Shown here piece by piece: positions 1 through 35,751 of a stretch of 64,000 nucleotides of DNA. Source of the DNA: a bacterium (GTDB taxonomy: Bacteria > UBA8248); the NCBI GenBank assembly GCA_965213685.1, contig CBDBZY010000051.1:96001-160000 (forward strand), in the 5' to 3' direction. Under the pieces are notes generated by a model that was not told the origin of the DNA, did no database searches, and saw only the letters and a list, made by a program, of their open reading frames with translations. Every line of letters begins with the position of its first letter. Positions within the stretch are counted from its first letter, which is position 1. A program made the position numbers and the translations under genes.

Positions 1-9013
<9,013 letters not shown>

Positions 9014-9293
9014 GGCTCCTGGCGGTTAGCAACACCGCAACAGGTAATTAGCTGCTCCAAACACACAAAGAATCGTACAATTAGAACAGAACGCGCGGTC
9101 TGCAACTCGTGCGGCTCTGCCAGGGAGGCCTCGGCGACGGTCGCTCGTTGCGGAGAAACTTGGACAGTCTGCGGACTCAGCTAAGCTGGGAAAGTTGCCG
9201 ATATTCTCTTGCAGACGCTTTCCCTCACTCCATATTCCGACCGGACGCCATATAACCACAGACGCGTTGTTAAGCGCACGTGAGCACCAGGAA

Positions 9294-12200
9294 ATGGCTG
9301 GAAGGATCCGGGCCTCGCGACACCTTCCCAGGAATACAGCGCCCGTGCTCCCGAGACTACAAAGTTACGTCTCTCAAAGCCTTTCGGAATTGGCGGAGAG
9401 GCTCGTGGAGTGTTCGAGAGAGGAGAAGAGCCAGAACCTGACCTCCAAGACGAGAGACGTTGTGTACGTGCTGAAGGTACATAAATTACGTCATGCGTCC
9501 AACGCCCACTCGTTCCGTGGGAAAAATGGTGTGGGAGCCCTCCTGGGCCTCCTGTCCCTGTGCTCGGGGAGGGAGGGGAGGGACAGGGGACTGCTGCTTA
9601 GCACGCTGGGAAACTTGTGTGCCCTGGACAAAGGCACCCGCACTGAGGTTGGCCAGAGGGGAGGAGGGAGAGGAGGATGCAATGAGTGAAATTGTTTTGC
9701 TCTTGTTTTGCAGGTCATCAGTAGCGGACTTACAGATGTTGGTGAGTCCTGACAAGTGTATGTACATGTGTCCCTCACGTGTGCACCTCCTCCTCCTCCT
9801 GCAGTCTCCGTCTTGCAGCACAGCAGCTTCCCGGAGACACTGTGCACTGTGTGCCGCCTCTTGGCCAACCTGGCAATGGACAGAGAAAACATACCTCTCC
9901 TGCAGCAGAAGGGTGTGGTCAGAGAGCTCTGCCACGCCCTGCTCTTCCAGGCGGCATCTGATTCCGGGTCTCAGCAGAGCATCCTGCGAGCGTTGCGGCT
10001 GCTCTGTGGCAGCTGCAGGGGCCGGGAGGAGGTGAAGTGCTCTGGCGGACTGTCTGGCATCATAGACTGCCTCAGGTCTGGGGAAGAGGAGGTGGCAGTC
10101 AGTGCCTTGAAGGCACTGGGGGCCATTCTGCAGGACAGGGACCCAGACGTGATCCAGGCCCTTGCGTCCCACGCTGGGCTGCCTCGTGTCGTGCTCTTGT
10201 GTCGCCATGCGAGGATTGAGGTGGCCAGCATGGCTATGGAGGTGCTGGTGACCTGTGCCAAGTGCTCAGAGGGACGGGTGGCCCTCAGCAGTGCCGGTGG
10301 AGTCGAGTGTCTCCTGCAGCACCTGGAGAGATGCGGCCCCTCCTCGCAGCAGTTCCCCTCAGTGGTGGAGGCCCTGTGTGCCTGCTGCAGAGATGTGCTG
10401 GGCAGGCAGAGGTTGCGGGACAGTGGAGGACTGGAACGGCTCATTCAGATGCTCTCAGACCCAACACTGGCAGCCCTTCATGGGGACATCCTTGCCGCTC
10501 TGGTCTGTTACTATTTTGATGAGTTGAGTCTGAAGCTGATGGTGAAGAAGCTGGGGCTGCTGAGGGCCCTCACCTGCCACCTGCAGCAGATGACAGCAAA
10601 GTCACGCAGTCTGCAAGAAGGAGGAGGGGGAGGGGAGGAGGGGGAGGGGGTGGGAGAGGAGGAAACAATGGAGGAACTCCTGGAAGTGGGAGCAACCACC
10701 CATGAACCAGACCTTGTGCCACCACAGGAGAGGTCAGAGGGCAGTGCTCCTTATCCCTGTGCTGTCACTCCTCACGAGCTCTCTCCCCTGGCCAGCTGCT
10801 CCAGTAGAGACACACCTCTGATGGAGGGCACTCCGTCCTTATCTTCTGACACAGCCGATGGTGAGAATCGGGGGGAGGAGTCGTCTCATAGCAACCAAGG
10901 AAGCCAATGTTCTCTCTCCACCACCCGGCACTCTCCCTCCCCTCTTCCTTCACCCCAATCACACTCCTCAACCTCACACCACTCATACCCCTCCACCAGT
11001 CCACCCTCACCTTACCAGTGCCCCTCCCCCTCCCCCTCCTCCTCCCCCTCCTCCCACACCTCTCCATCCTATCCCAGTTCTCCCTCCCCCTCTCCTCACG
11101 ACGAGGCTCAGCCTCCCTCCAAGCGGCCCCGGCTCAGCTCTGACTTTGAGTTCTCACGCCCAATGCCAGCCAACTTCATCGACTCCCTCCTCTCCTCCCC
11201 CAACCCCTACCAGTCGCAGTCCAAACCTCCAGACCCACCTCTCGTCCCGGACCTGAGCTCCTCCCTGGAGAGCCAGGTCATCCAGCTCATCTCTCGCGTG
11301 TCTCACCTGCGAGACTGTCTCTGCCATCTTGCCTCCCGGGACCTCCTCCTGGCCCTCCTAGACTGTTTTCTCTCCTCCCCCTCCACACCCAACACCCACA
11401 TCTTCAAGACTCTCTCTCGTGTGTTTGCCAACCCCCACTGCTTCCAGGAGTGTGTTCTGTGCCTCATTCCCTCCAAACTCTACCAGCAGCTCTACTGCTG
11501 TGGCTCCAATGCCACTTGGAGCCTCGATTCCTCTCCCCTTCCCTGTGACGAGCTAGAAGCCACACCCCCATCTCAGACTCTTCTCTCCCCTCCTTATGTC
11601 GTGCAGAGTTCCATCACTCGTCGTTTCTCCACCCCCCTGACCTCCGTTGCCCCTCGCTGCACCAGCCTCAGCTTCATGTGCCAGGAATTGCTGAGTCGGC
11701 TCTCACGAGTGGGGGAATCCCCCTACGGGCAGGGGGTGCTGGCACACATGCTACTGGCCGGGGAGGAGAGGGAGAGGGAGGCCAGCAGCCTCACAGTCCC
11801 ACTGCTCTGCAGGTGAGAGTCTGATTGAGGTGGGCTGGTAAGGTCTCATCATTGGATTATCTCCCTCCCTCCCTCCCTCCCTCCCTCTCTCCCTCCCTCC
11901 CTCCTGCCCTTCCTCCAGAGCTCCCAGAGTGTGCCAGAGGATTATGCTGGACTACAAGGGCCTGGATGTGCTGGTTGACCTAACACACTCTTCATCTGCT
12001 GACCTGCAAGACATGGCCAGTGACTCCCTCCTGGCCCTGGCCTCCACTGTTGACCTCATTGGCCAGAGAAGACAGCAGCGCAGCATCTCCAAAGAGATCA
12101 GCCATGATGGCCAACTGACCCCCTGCAGAGAGCCAGTGCAGTCACTGGTCCCATTCCCATTCCACACTGAACAGGGTCAGGGGTCATCTGTGTGTCGGTA

Positions 12201-12918
12201 CAAGGACTCAGACCACTGGCCGTTTGACTTCACTGTGGCTGTCTGCAGAGACGGCCACACCTCACACCTGCAGCTGCACCGAGCTGTGCTCATGGAGGCC
12301 TCTGAAGTGTTCAGGGTGATGCTAGGTGGGCACTATTTAGAGTCCAGCTATAGTGAGGTTTTCCTTCAGGACATACATCCACTTGCCTTCCAGTCTGTCC
12401 TGCACCATGTGTATGGTTGTGGGTGGCTGTGTGGGAGGGTGGTGGGGGAGGTGATGAGGGAAGGAGAGAGGGAGGAGAGAGAGATCTCCACCCACTCATG
12501 CATGGAAGAATCCAATGACCATTCCAAAGAGACTGAAGCAACCTCTGAACTCGCTGACTCCACCATTACAGCCATCAGTGTGTACTTTGACCTCCCCAGA
12601 GAGAGAGCTGCAGTTACCCACACCTTGCGGACGCTGGCCACAGCCGCACGCTTCCTCCTTCATGACCTCTGTGGCCTGTGCGAAGGGCAGGCAGCCGGCT
12701 ACCTCTCTCCCCTCAATGTGGTGGCCATGTTTGCCTTCTCTCAGCTGCACCAGAGCTGCTGGCTGGCAGAGCAGTGCGTGAGGTGTGTGGTGGGCCTGCC
12801 CCCCTCCCTCCAGCGCAGGGCATGTCTGCAGAGGCTGCTCTCCTCAGCCGAGGGTCCCACAGCTCTGGACATGATCCAACGATTCATCAGTGCACAGTTG
12901 GTGCACCAAACTCCATAG
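9294..12918 (+). CDS. ARMC5: ARMC5-like armadillo-repeat + BTB protein (exons ~9294-9647, 9714-9741, 9804-11812, 11920-12918)
   Basis: N-terminal ARM repeats (CRLLANLAMD..., SILRALRLL, GRVALSSAGGVECLL), central ESPYGQGVLAHMLL motif typical of ARMC5, and a C-terminal BTB (LHRAVLMEASEVFRVMLGGHYLES...). Splice phases are consistent. Confidence 0.9.
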
Positions 12919-13376
12919 CCAAGACACTGTGATGGAATGATTGCTGTACACAATCTTATGCACATGTACACTCATTTCACTGTACATTCCGCCATTGCAG
13001 TATACCCAACAAGGATGTACGTATGTGTAGCATGTAGCAATGCATCCCGTGCTAGGGGGCAGGCTACAATCATATGCTCGAGTGGCAGCCACATGACATG
13101 CCACACACACATACACACACCATGCATGTGATTGTGAGGTAAATGACATCATCACATAATGGACAACTGGAAGTACAAAAGGTTAATTAACAGCAGAATC
13201 CTAACACTGCAGTAGCCACTATACACACACTCAACACACACACACACACACTCATCAGTATTAGAGACCAGCAGGTCACGCTTACTACCTCCATACACAT
13301 ACAAAACATACAATTATATATACAAACACTTGACATTGGTGACAGTCCACTAGAGTACTCTAGTCAGTGTCTTCCT

Positions 13377-19969
<6,593 letters not shown>

Positions 19970-20016
19970 CGCTCTCCTGTACTGACCTTCCGTTCACTAC
20001 TATAAATGCAAGACTA

Positions 20017-20072
20017 CTTTATAGCTCTCCCGAAATTACACGTCACGCACTGTGCACGTGATATCACGTGCA
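20017..20072 (-). promoter_or_regulatory. Candidate core promoter of the kinase gene: TATA-like box (TATAAAG on -, 20017-20023) plus a 20-bp perfect palindrome with two E-boxes (20053-20072)
   Basis: TGCACGTGATATCACGTGCA is its own reverse complement and contains CACGTG twice; it sits ~85 bp upstream of ATG 19969. Confidence 0.55.
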
Positions 20073-20727
20073 AACGGAGGCTGGACAGCCACGCCTTTAA
20101 CTTCGCAGCGCTGGGAGCCTTTAATACAGTAAATACTTCCCAATCTTGCAGATCATTCCTTTGTGGGTCCACAACATTTCAGCAAAGCAACGCAACTGTA
20201 CTCAAGTTAGCATGAACATAAACTTAGGCGTACAGATTCACATTCAATTGCTGTTCACACTGAACTGCAAAGTCCTAGCTACTGCTAGTGGGCTACGTTT
20301 TTCAATCAAGTGTAGCAGGAACTCACAAGGGTAGCGCGTACATCGGTTGTCGGAGCGACACCTCACAACATAGAGACCTCACAAACGTGCTTCACGCGTG
20401 TAGCACTACGAATATAGTAGCTATTTCAGTGCTTGAGTTGCCGCGTTTAGCTGAGGGATTTCTGTCCCCCAAGTAGTCGACTTTCTCGCTCTGCAGCTCG
20501 CCCGGCCGGCATGCATACCTAGAACCTGGAACCGGCCTTACGTACATGTACGTACATACGTACCTACTTACGTGCACATAGGGCCCGCCGCTCTATACCC
20601 ACGTTCCCACGCCCCGCCCCGAAAAACCGATTTTCGGGGCGGGCTACAGGGTACCACGCCCCTAACTTGCGACCCTGGCCGCTCCACCCTTTAGCCTTGA
20701 ATATGCATCCTCCCCCCGCACTCGGAA

Positions 20728-21845
20728 ATGAGCAGCTGCAGTAGACTACCTAAAATGCTGTCTCTAAAAGATGTGGCCGCCTTACTTCTGCCGGGTACCC
20801 TTCTGTTTGCTGGCCTCTACTTATACCGAAACCCTTCGCCTCAGCTTACTGCTCGTTCTGTCGACCTGCCCCTCGCAGTACCGGATTTGACTCTGACTGG
20901 CAAAAACCATTGTTCGGACCGAGAATGTACGCAATATCTGACAAAACGCGACAGGAGTCAATTGAAGGAGTGCGAGTTGAAGCTACGAGAACTGGACGTC
21001 CAGCCTTTTCGGGGAAGCAACTGTAGATTCAGGAATGGAACGGGTAAGATGGCCGTAGCGCTGGTCAGCTTCCCTGGCTCGGGTAACACTTGGGTGCGCA
21101 GCCTGCTGGAGAGAATTACTGGCGTGTGTACTGGGTCAAACGTCTGTGACGTCAGCCTCAGAGCAAGCGGCTTCATCGGCGAGTTCGCTGATAGCAGTTC
21201 TCTTTTGGTAGTCAAGACTCACCAGCCGTACCCACGCTGGGCCAGGGACACACGTCATTACGAGGAGGAGATGTTCAACAAGGCAGTGGTGCTTGTCCGC
21301 AACCCTTTCCATGCCCTCGTTGCAGAGTGGCACCGCAGAGTGGCTAACGGGCTCATGGCCAGTACGGTGAACGTACACAGTCACGTTGCCCGGGCAGGAC
21401 CAGAGTGGTTTGGTAAGCTTGTCCACGTGAGCCAGTGTGCCCATGGTATCCCTCTCTCCTTGCTGCAGGTCATAATCCATTGTGGGAGAAGTACTTGAAA
21501 GTGAAATCAACTCTCTGGAGATTAGTAATAAAGCACTGGGTGCTGGAGTCGGACCCTGAGAGAGTTCTTCTTGTTCACTATGAGGACCTTGTGAATGACA
21601 CTTATCATGAACTGGTGCGTATGTTGGACTTCATATCACAGCCGTACAACCGCCACAATGTTCAGAAATCTCTTGGCTCTGATTCTGACCTTTTCCACCG
21701 ACAGCACACATCAGCCTTTGAGCATTTTACTGAAGAGCAGTACAAGTCCATTTCTGAAATGTTGTCAGACACCATGTCTGCAGTAGGTCGTAGCAACTAC
21801 CGGGGAAAGTTGAAACTCCAGCAGTACAAACACACACATTTGTAG
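20728..21845 (+). CDS. WSCD1/2-family type II membrane sulfotransferase (2 exons: 20728-21412, 21469-21845)
   Basis: N-terminal TM (VAALLLPGTLLFAGLYLY), 5'-PAPS loop ALVSFPGSGNTWVR, VVKTH, 3'-PAPS motif VLVRNPFHALVAE, LLVHYEDL; one 56-nt GT-AG intron. Confidence 0.88.
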
Positions 21846-22198
21846 TCACATCCATAGCATGATAATGCATATTTATAATCAAAATTAATGTATAATTTTC
21901 AAGCAAACTGAGACATAATAATAACACATACTATAACATACAATTTTCCAAGCCACAGAGGTAACTGTATAAAACTCAGTTAATAATTGCTGGTCTGATT
22001 ATCATGCAAGTTTTAAGCAGTAAAACCCGGTACACATAATTATACAGTGTATATACACAAGCCACAATGCATCAGTCACTTGGCCGGGCTGCAATGCACA
22101 GTACAAAATATTAGCAACTATCTGGTGTAATGGGATAGGCAAGCATCAAAATATGTTCATTCTGCAGAGCTAATTTGACCTAGAGTGGGCAGGAGTGG

Positions 22199-25474
<3,276 letters not shown>

Positions 25475-25949
25475 CTTGTCTCCTGTCCCCTACACCGGCT
25501 GCACCACGCGCACTGGACGGAAACAGAGGAAATCGTCACACCCATCTGAGCTACTCTAAACAGAGCCCACCACACCACAGTTCGGCATTCCTACGGCACA
25601 CACTAGCTATAGTACTCACGACACACTCACAATGTCTTACCCTTCTTCCCTTTACCATGCGCGGGGCCACACGAGCTCACAGCTGCCTACTAACACGGCA
25701 GACTTCACTACGGTACGTTTACCCGGTAACTTGCTTCCTACGTTACTGGCCTAACAACTACGTCTTGGACTGTGCACGCTGTAAGATAACGGAGCACCGC
25801 CTCTGTGTTAGGTTAGGAAGAATGCTTCGAGTTTCCCACCGTCGCCGTGACATTCAGACATCAAAAATCGCCATATTTCGCGCTCATGTGATCCTCCGTG
25901 CATCGCAGCAAAACCCGAGTACGCATGCGCAGAGCGTAGCAGGTGTACG

Positions 25950-26197
25950 ATGGCAGAGAATGTGACCGGGGCCGCGATAGGAACCACGCCGTGCGAGTAC
26001 AGAGCATTGAAGGAGTGCTTGGACAAGAACAACGGGAAGAGGGAGAAGTGCGAGAAAGAGTGGCAAGAATTCCAGAACGCTTGTGCCAGCAACAAAAAGT
26101 GGGATTTACTCAAAGGTTACAGGTGGACGTGCATATTGAGGTTTGTTTCTTTCACAGGTTGGCTGCTCAAGGAAAGCTGTTACTTCCACCCGAGTAG
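25950..26197 (+). CDS. Small twin-Cys helical-hairpin (CHCH/CX9C-like) protein, 62 aa, 2 exons (25950-26098, 26158-26197)
   Basis: MAENVTGAAIGTTPCEYRALKECLDKNNGKREKCEKEWQEFQNACASNKK-LAAQGKLLLPPE*: C-x7-C...C-x10-C pattern; 59-nt GT-AG intron with a pyrimidine tract. Confidence 0.7.
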
Positions 26198-26212
26198 ATT
26201 GCTGAGGAAGTA

Positions 26213-28860
26213 ATGCTTGGAAGAGTTGCCCTGAGACCAGGATGCCGTGTGAAGAGGCTCTCCTCTGGCCTCCGCAGGCCCAGGCCTGAACAACCCAGCC
26301 AGCTGCCATACTGGCGTCCCAGAGTGGGGCCCTGGGTGGGCCATAGCCCAGTCAGTACTGCATCCTTTACCCGGAACATTGCCCAGCGAACTGTCAGCTA
26401 CTTTGAGCGGTACCCATTCGTGAAGTACTCCATTCTGCTGTGTGTGACGGTGCTCGGGGCCAGCATGGCCGTGGAGAGCTATGCCAAGCACAAGAAGAAG
26501 CAGCAGCCACAGATCCTGTCCCTCCCTCCTCAGGTGGGGCACGCCACGCTGCCAAGGCCAGCTGAGGTGGACACACTTTGGAAGAGAGTGAGACGTTTGC
26601 AGAAAAGGGGCCTGGGGGTGCTGTACATTGTGGGGCCATCTGGTGCAGGCAAAACTGAGCTGGTCTGTCAGTACGGCAAGCACTTCATTGAGCAGACACT
26701 AAACATCACTCATCGCTTCAGAATCTCCAAGCCGCCCGTGCTGTACCTGAATGGGTCATCATGTGAGCAGCTTCAGAACAGCCTGCAGGAGGCAGCTCTG
26801 AGCCTGGGTATGCAGGAGAGTAGCCTTCAGCCGCAGGGCAGGGAGGGGGAGGAGCTGCTCCCCCTAGCCAGAGCTGTGCAGCAGAAGCTGGCAGCTAACA
26901 AAGTGCCATGGCTGATTGTGGTGGACCACCTGACCCCCGTGACCCAGCCTGCGTTTGTGACCCTGTTCCATGCAGGAGCAGTGAAGTGGAACTGGAGTAT
27001 GGGACATGTGGTGGTGACCACACAAGATGCAGCTCCTGAGGAAGGGGGAGAGTGTGTGGTGCACATTGACAGAATGTGAGTGTTTAGTCATCTTTCACTG
27101 TTGCTTCTGTCCAACACTCTCCCTCATCATCCACCCTCCCTCGTTCTCACAGGCTCAAACCAACAGACTCATTGTCACTGCTACGAAAGATAAGTCCCTC
27201 CACAGACTTCCCAGAAGCCCCTCCAGCCAGTCTCTCTGTCCTCCTCCAGTCCTCTCCACTGGCTCTGGCTCTTGCAGCTGCCACCGTCAACCTGTTCTCG
27301 GCCAGCCTCGAGCGGGAGGCCCCCTCAGAGTCATGCCCACCAGCTCTGACAGAATACCTAGCAGTGCTGGAGGAGCAGCTAAGTGCCACGCCCACCCCTG
27401 ACGAGGTCTCTGCAGCCTGTCTCAGCCTATACCTGGAGGCTGCTGCCACCGAGCCTCGCATGTTGCACACCTTTGACCTCCTCGGTGCAGTGGATCCCAC
27501 TGGCCCTGTGCCTGCCGCCCTGGTCACGCGCCACCTGTCCTCGCCATTCTATGGCCTCCCTCCAGAGCCCCCCACACCTCCAGAGAGTGTGCAGGAGGAG
27601 CCATCCTTCCTCAGCCAGCTGAAGCAGCTGCTCCCATTTGGAAACAAGACTCCAACTCCTGCTCTGCCATCTCTGACCGATGGTCATGACCTGCTGCACT
27701 TCCTGAGGGACTGCCCCCTCATTGCCTTCAAGAAGTATTCGAAGGGTGAGTTTGAGTACCTGCAGGTCCACTCCACTGCGGCCGGAGACCTCTCTCAAGT
27801 GTTCCTGAAGAGAACAGTACCAAAAATGGAGCACGCTCACCTGGCAGAAGCAGAGGAGAAGTTCCACCGCACAGCCTGGTTCAAACAGTACCGCAAGTTT
27901 GATGCTGAGAAGTCACTCGGTCTCCACCACAGCTCCCTCCCCGGAGTGGCTGCTCCGGGGGTCCTCACTCGTGAGCAGTTCCTCAGTGGCTCTCTCACTG
28001 AGGCTGGCCAGCTGCAGTACTCCCAATACCTGCACCTCGTCTCCCACCGCCACCGAGTGCTCTCCTCCATCACCGCCCAGCTCAAGACTGTGGATGATGA
28101 CTTTGCCTCCACACAGTTCTGCAGGTACACCAGACACCACCTGAACCACCTTCTCCACTCTGGGACCCTCTCCAAATCGGACCATGCCATGTGCTCATAT
28201 GGCCTGGCCTTCATTGCCTCTGTCACGTCCTGTGACGCTGCCAGCACTCTTGCCCTCTACCGGTCAGTGCTGGAGGAGCAGAGGAGTGTCCTGGGACCGC
28301 AGCATCCTACGGTGGCCAGGACTCTGACCGACATGGCTGACCTGCTCTTCTCCCTGGGGGACACCACTGGTGCCCGGGACTTGCTTGAGTCGGCCCTGCA
28401 GCTGTACCGGAAGACTCCTCCCCAGGCCCGTGGGCCTGACCACGACCTGGAGCTGGGCCTGACGATGTCATCTTTGGCTGTTGTGGCCAGCGCTCTGGGG
28501 GAGAAGGTGCGCAGCAGAGACCTGCTGGAGAATGCTCTCAGCCTCTACCAGTCAGTACCAGCCGGGGAGACAGTCTCCCTCCACCAGCGCCGGCTAGTGG
28601 CCAGTACCCTGACCGACCTGGCCCACGCCTACCTCACATTGGGGAGCCTCATCATGGCCCAGAAGTACATTGAGCTCTCAGTAATGGCCCAGCCAACAAT
28701 CTACCCGGAGGGAAGTCAGGAGACAGTGAGGGCATTCTCGGTGGCCAGCCTGGTCTACTCTCTTCTGGGAGACCAGGGCGAGAGCCGGCGGGTGAGGGAT
28801 GAGGCCGGCAAGGTCCAGAAAAAGATTGAGAAAGAAGCAAGTGTTCATGTAGTCAGCTAG
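26213..28860 (+). CDS. STAND (NB-ARC-like) P-loop NTPase + TPR protein with Arg-rich leader and single TM helix (exons 26213-27075, 27153-28860)
   Basis: Walker A GPSGAGKT, Walker B WLIVVDH, sensor GHVVVTTQ, GLPL-like SSPLALALAAA, MHD-like YLQVHST, and KLC-type TPRs (EQRSVLGPQHPTVARTLTDMADL). TM segment SILLCVTVLGASMAV. Confidence 0.85.
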
Positions 28861-29042
28861 TGCCCGCCATTGGACTGTCAGTGCATTTACATAGTACAAT
28901 GTCATAACTGTTGTGTACAGTGAATGGTATGTGTAAGAGTGTGCCACAGGAAATAGAACACTATTCATTTTCTTATGACGTAAGAGAACTGTCCTGGCGC
29001 ATGGAGCCATGGTCTGGTGTGGTGTGCAGGGCAGTGGCTGTG

Positions 29043-30063
<1,021 letters not shown>

Positions 30064-30172
30064 TATGCTTTGCTCTAATTTGAGCTCACCAAAACAACAG
30101 TGTTAATTGATTCCTATTAGCGCTCATCGTTGGAGGACGAGTCGTACTGAGCACAGGTAACACGCAGCGAAG

Positions 30173-35488
<5,316 letters not shown>

Positions 35489-35751
35489 TCATCAAACTCA
35501 CTTTTCTTCAAGCCAAATCACGCTAGAGCTTCATACCTGTGTGTACATCCCTTTAGCCACACCCCCACCCACAGCGTGCCCAGTCATCAGTCAAGTAATA
35601 AAAATGCTCTCAGTACAGTCAGTCGGTGATGATGAGGGGGAACTGATGTACAAAACTTCATGTCAGTTGCCATGATACAAATGTGGCACCCACTCACTAT
35701 CCCAGCAACAGTGCTGGTGTGTGCAGGTGGCATTGGTGTGCGTGCATCGTG

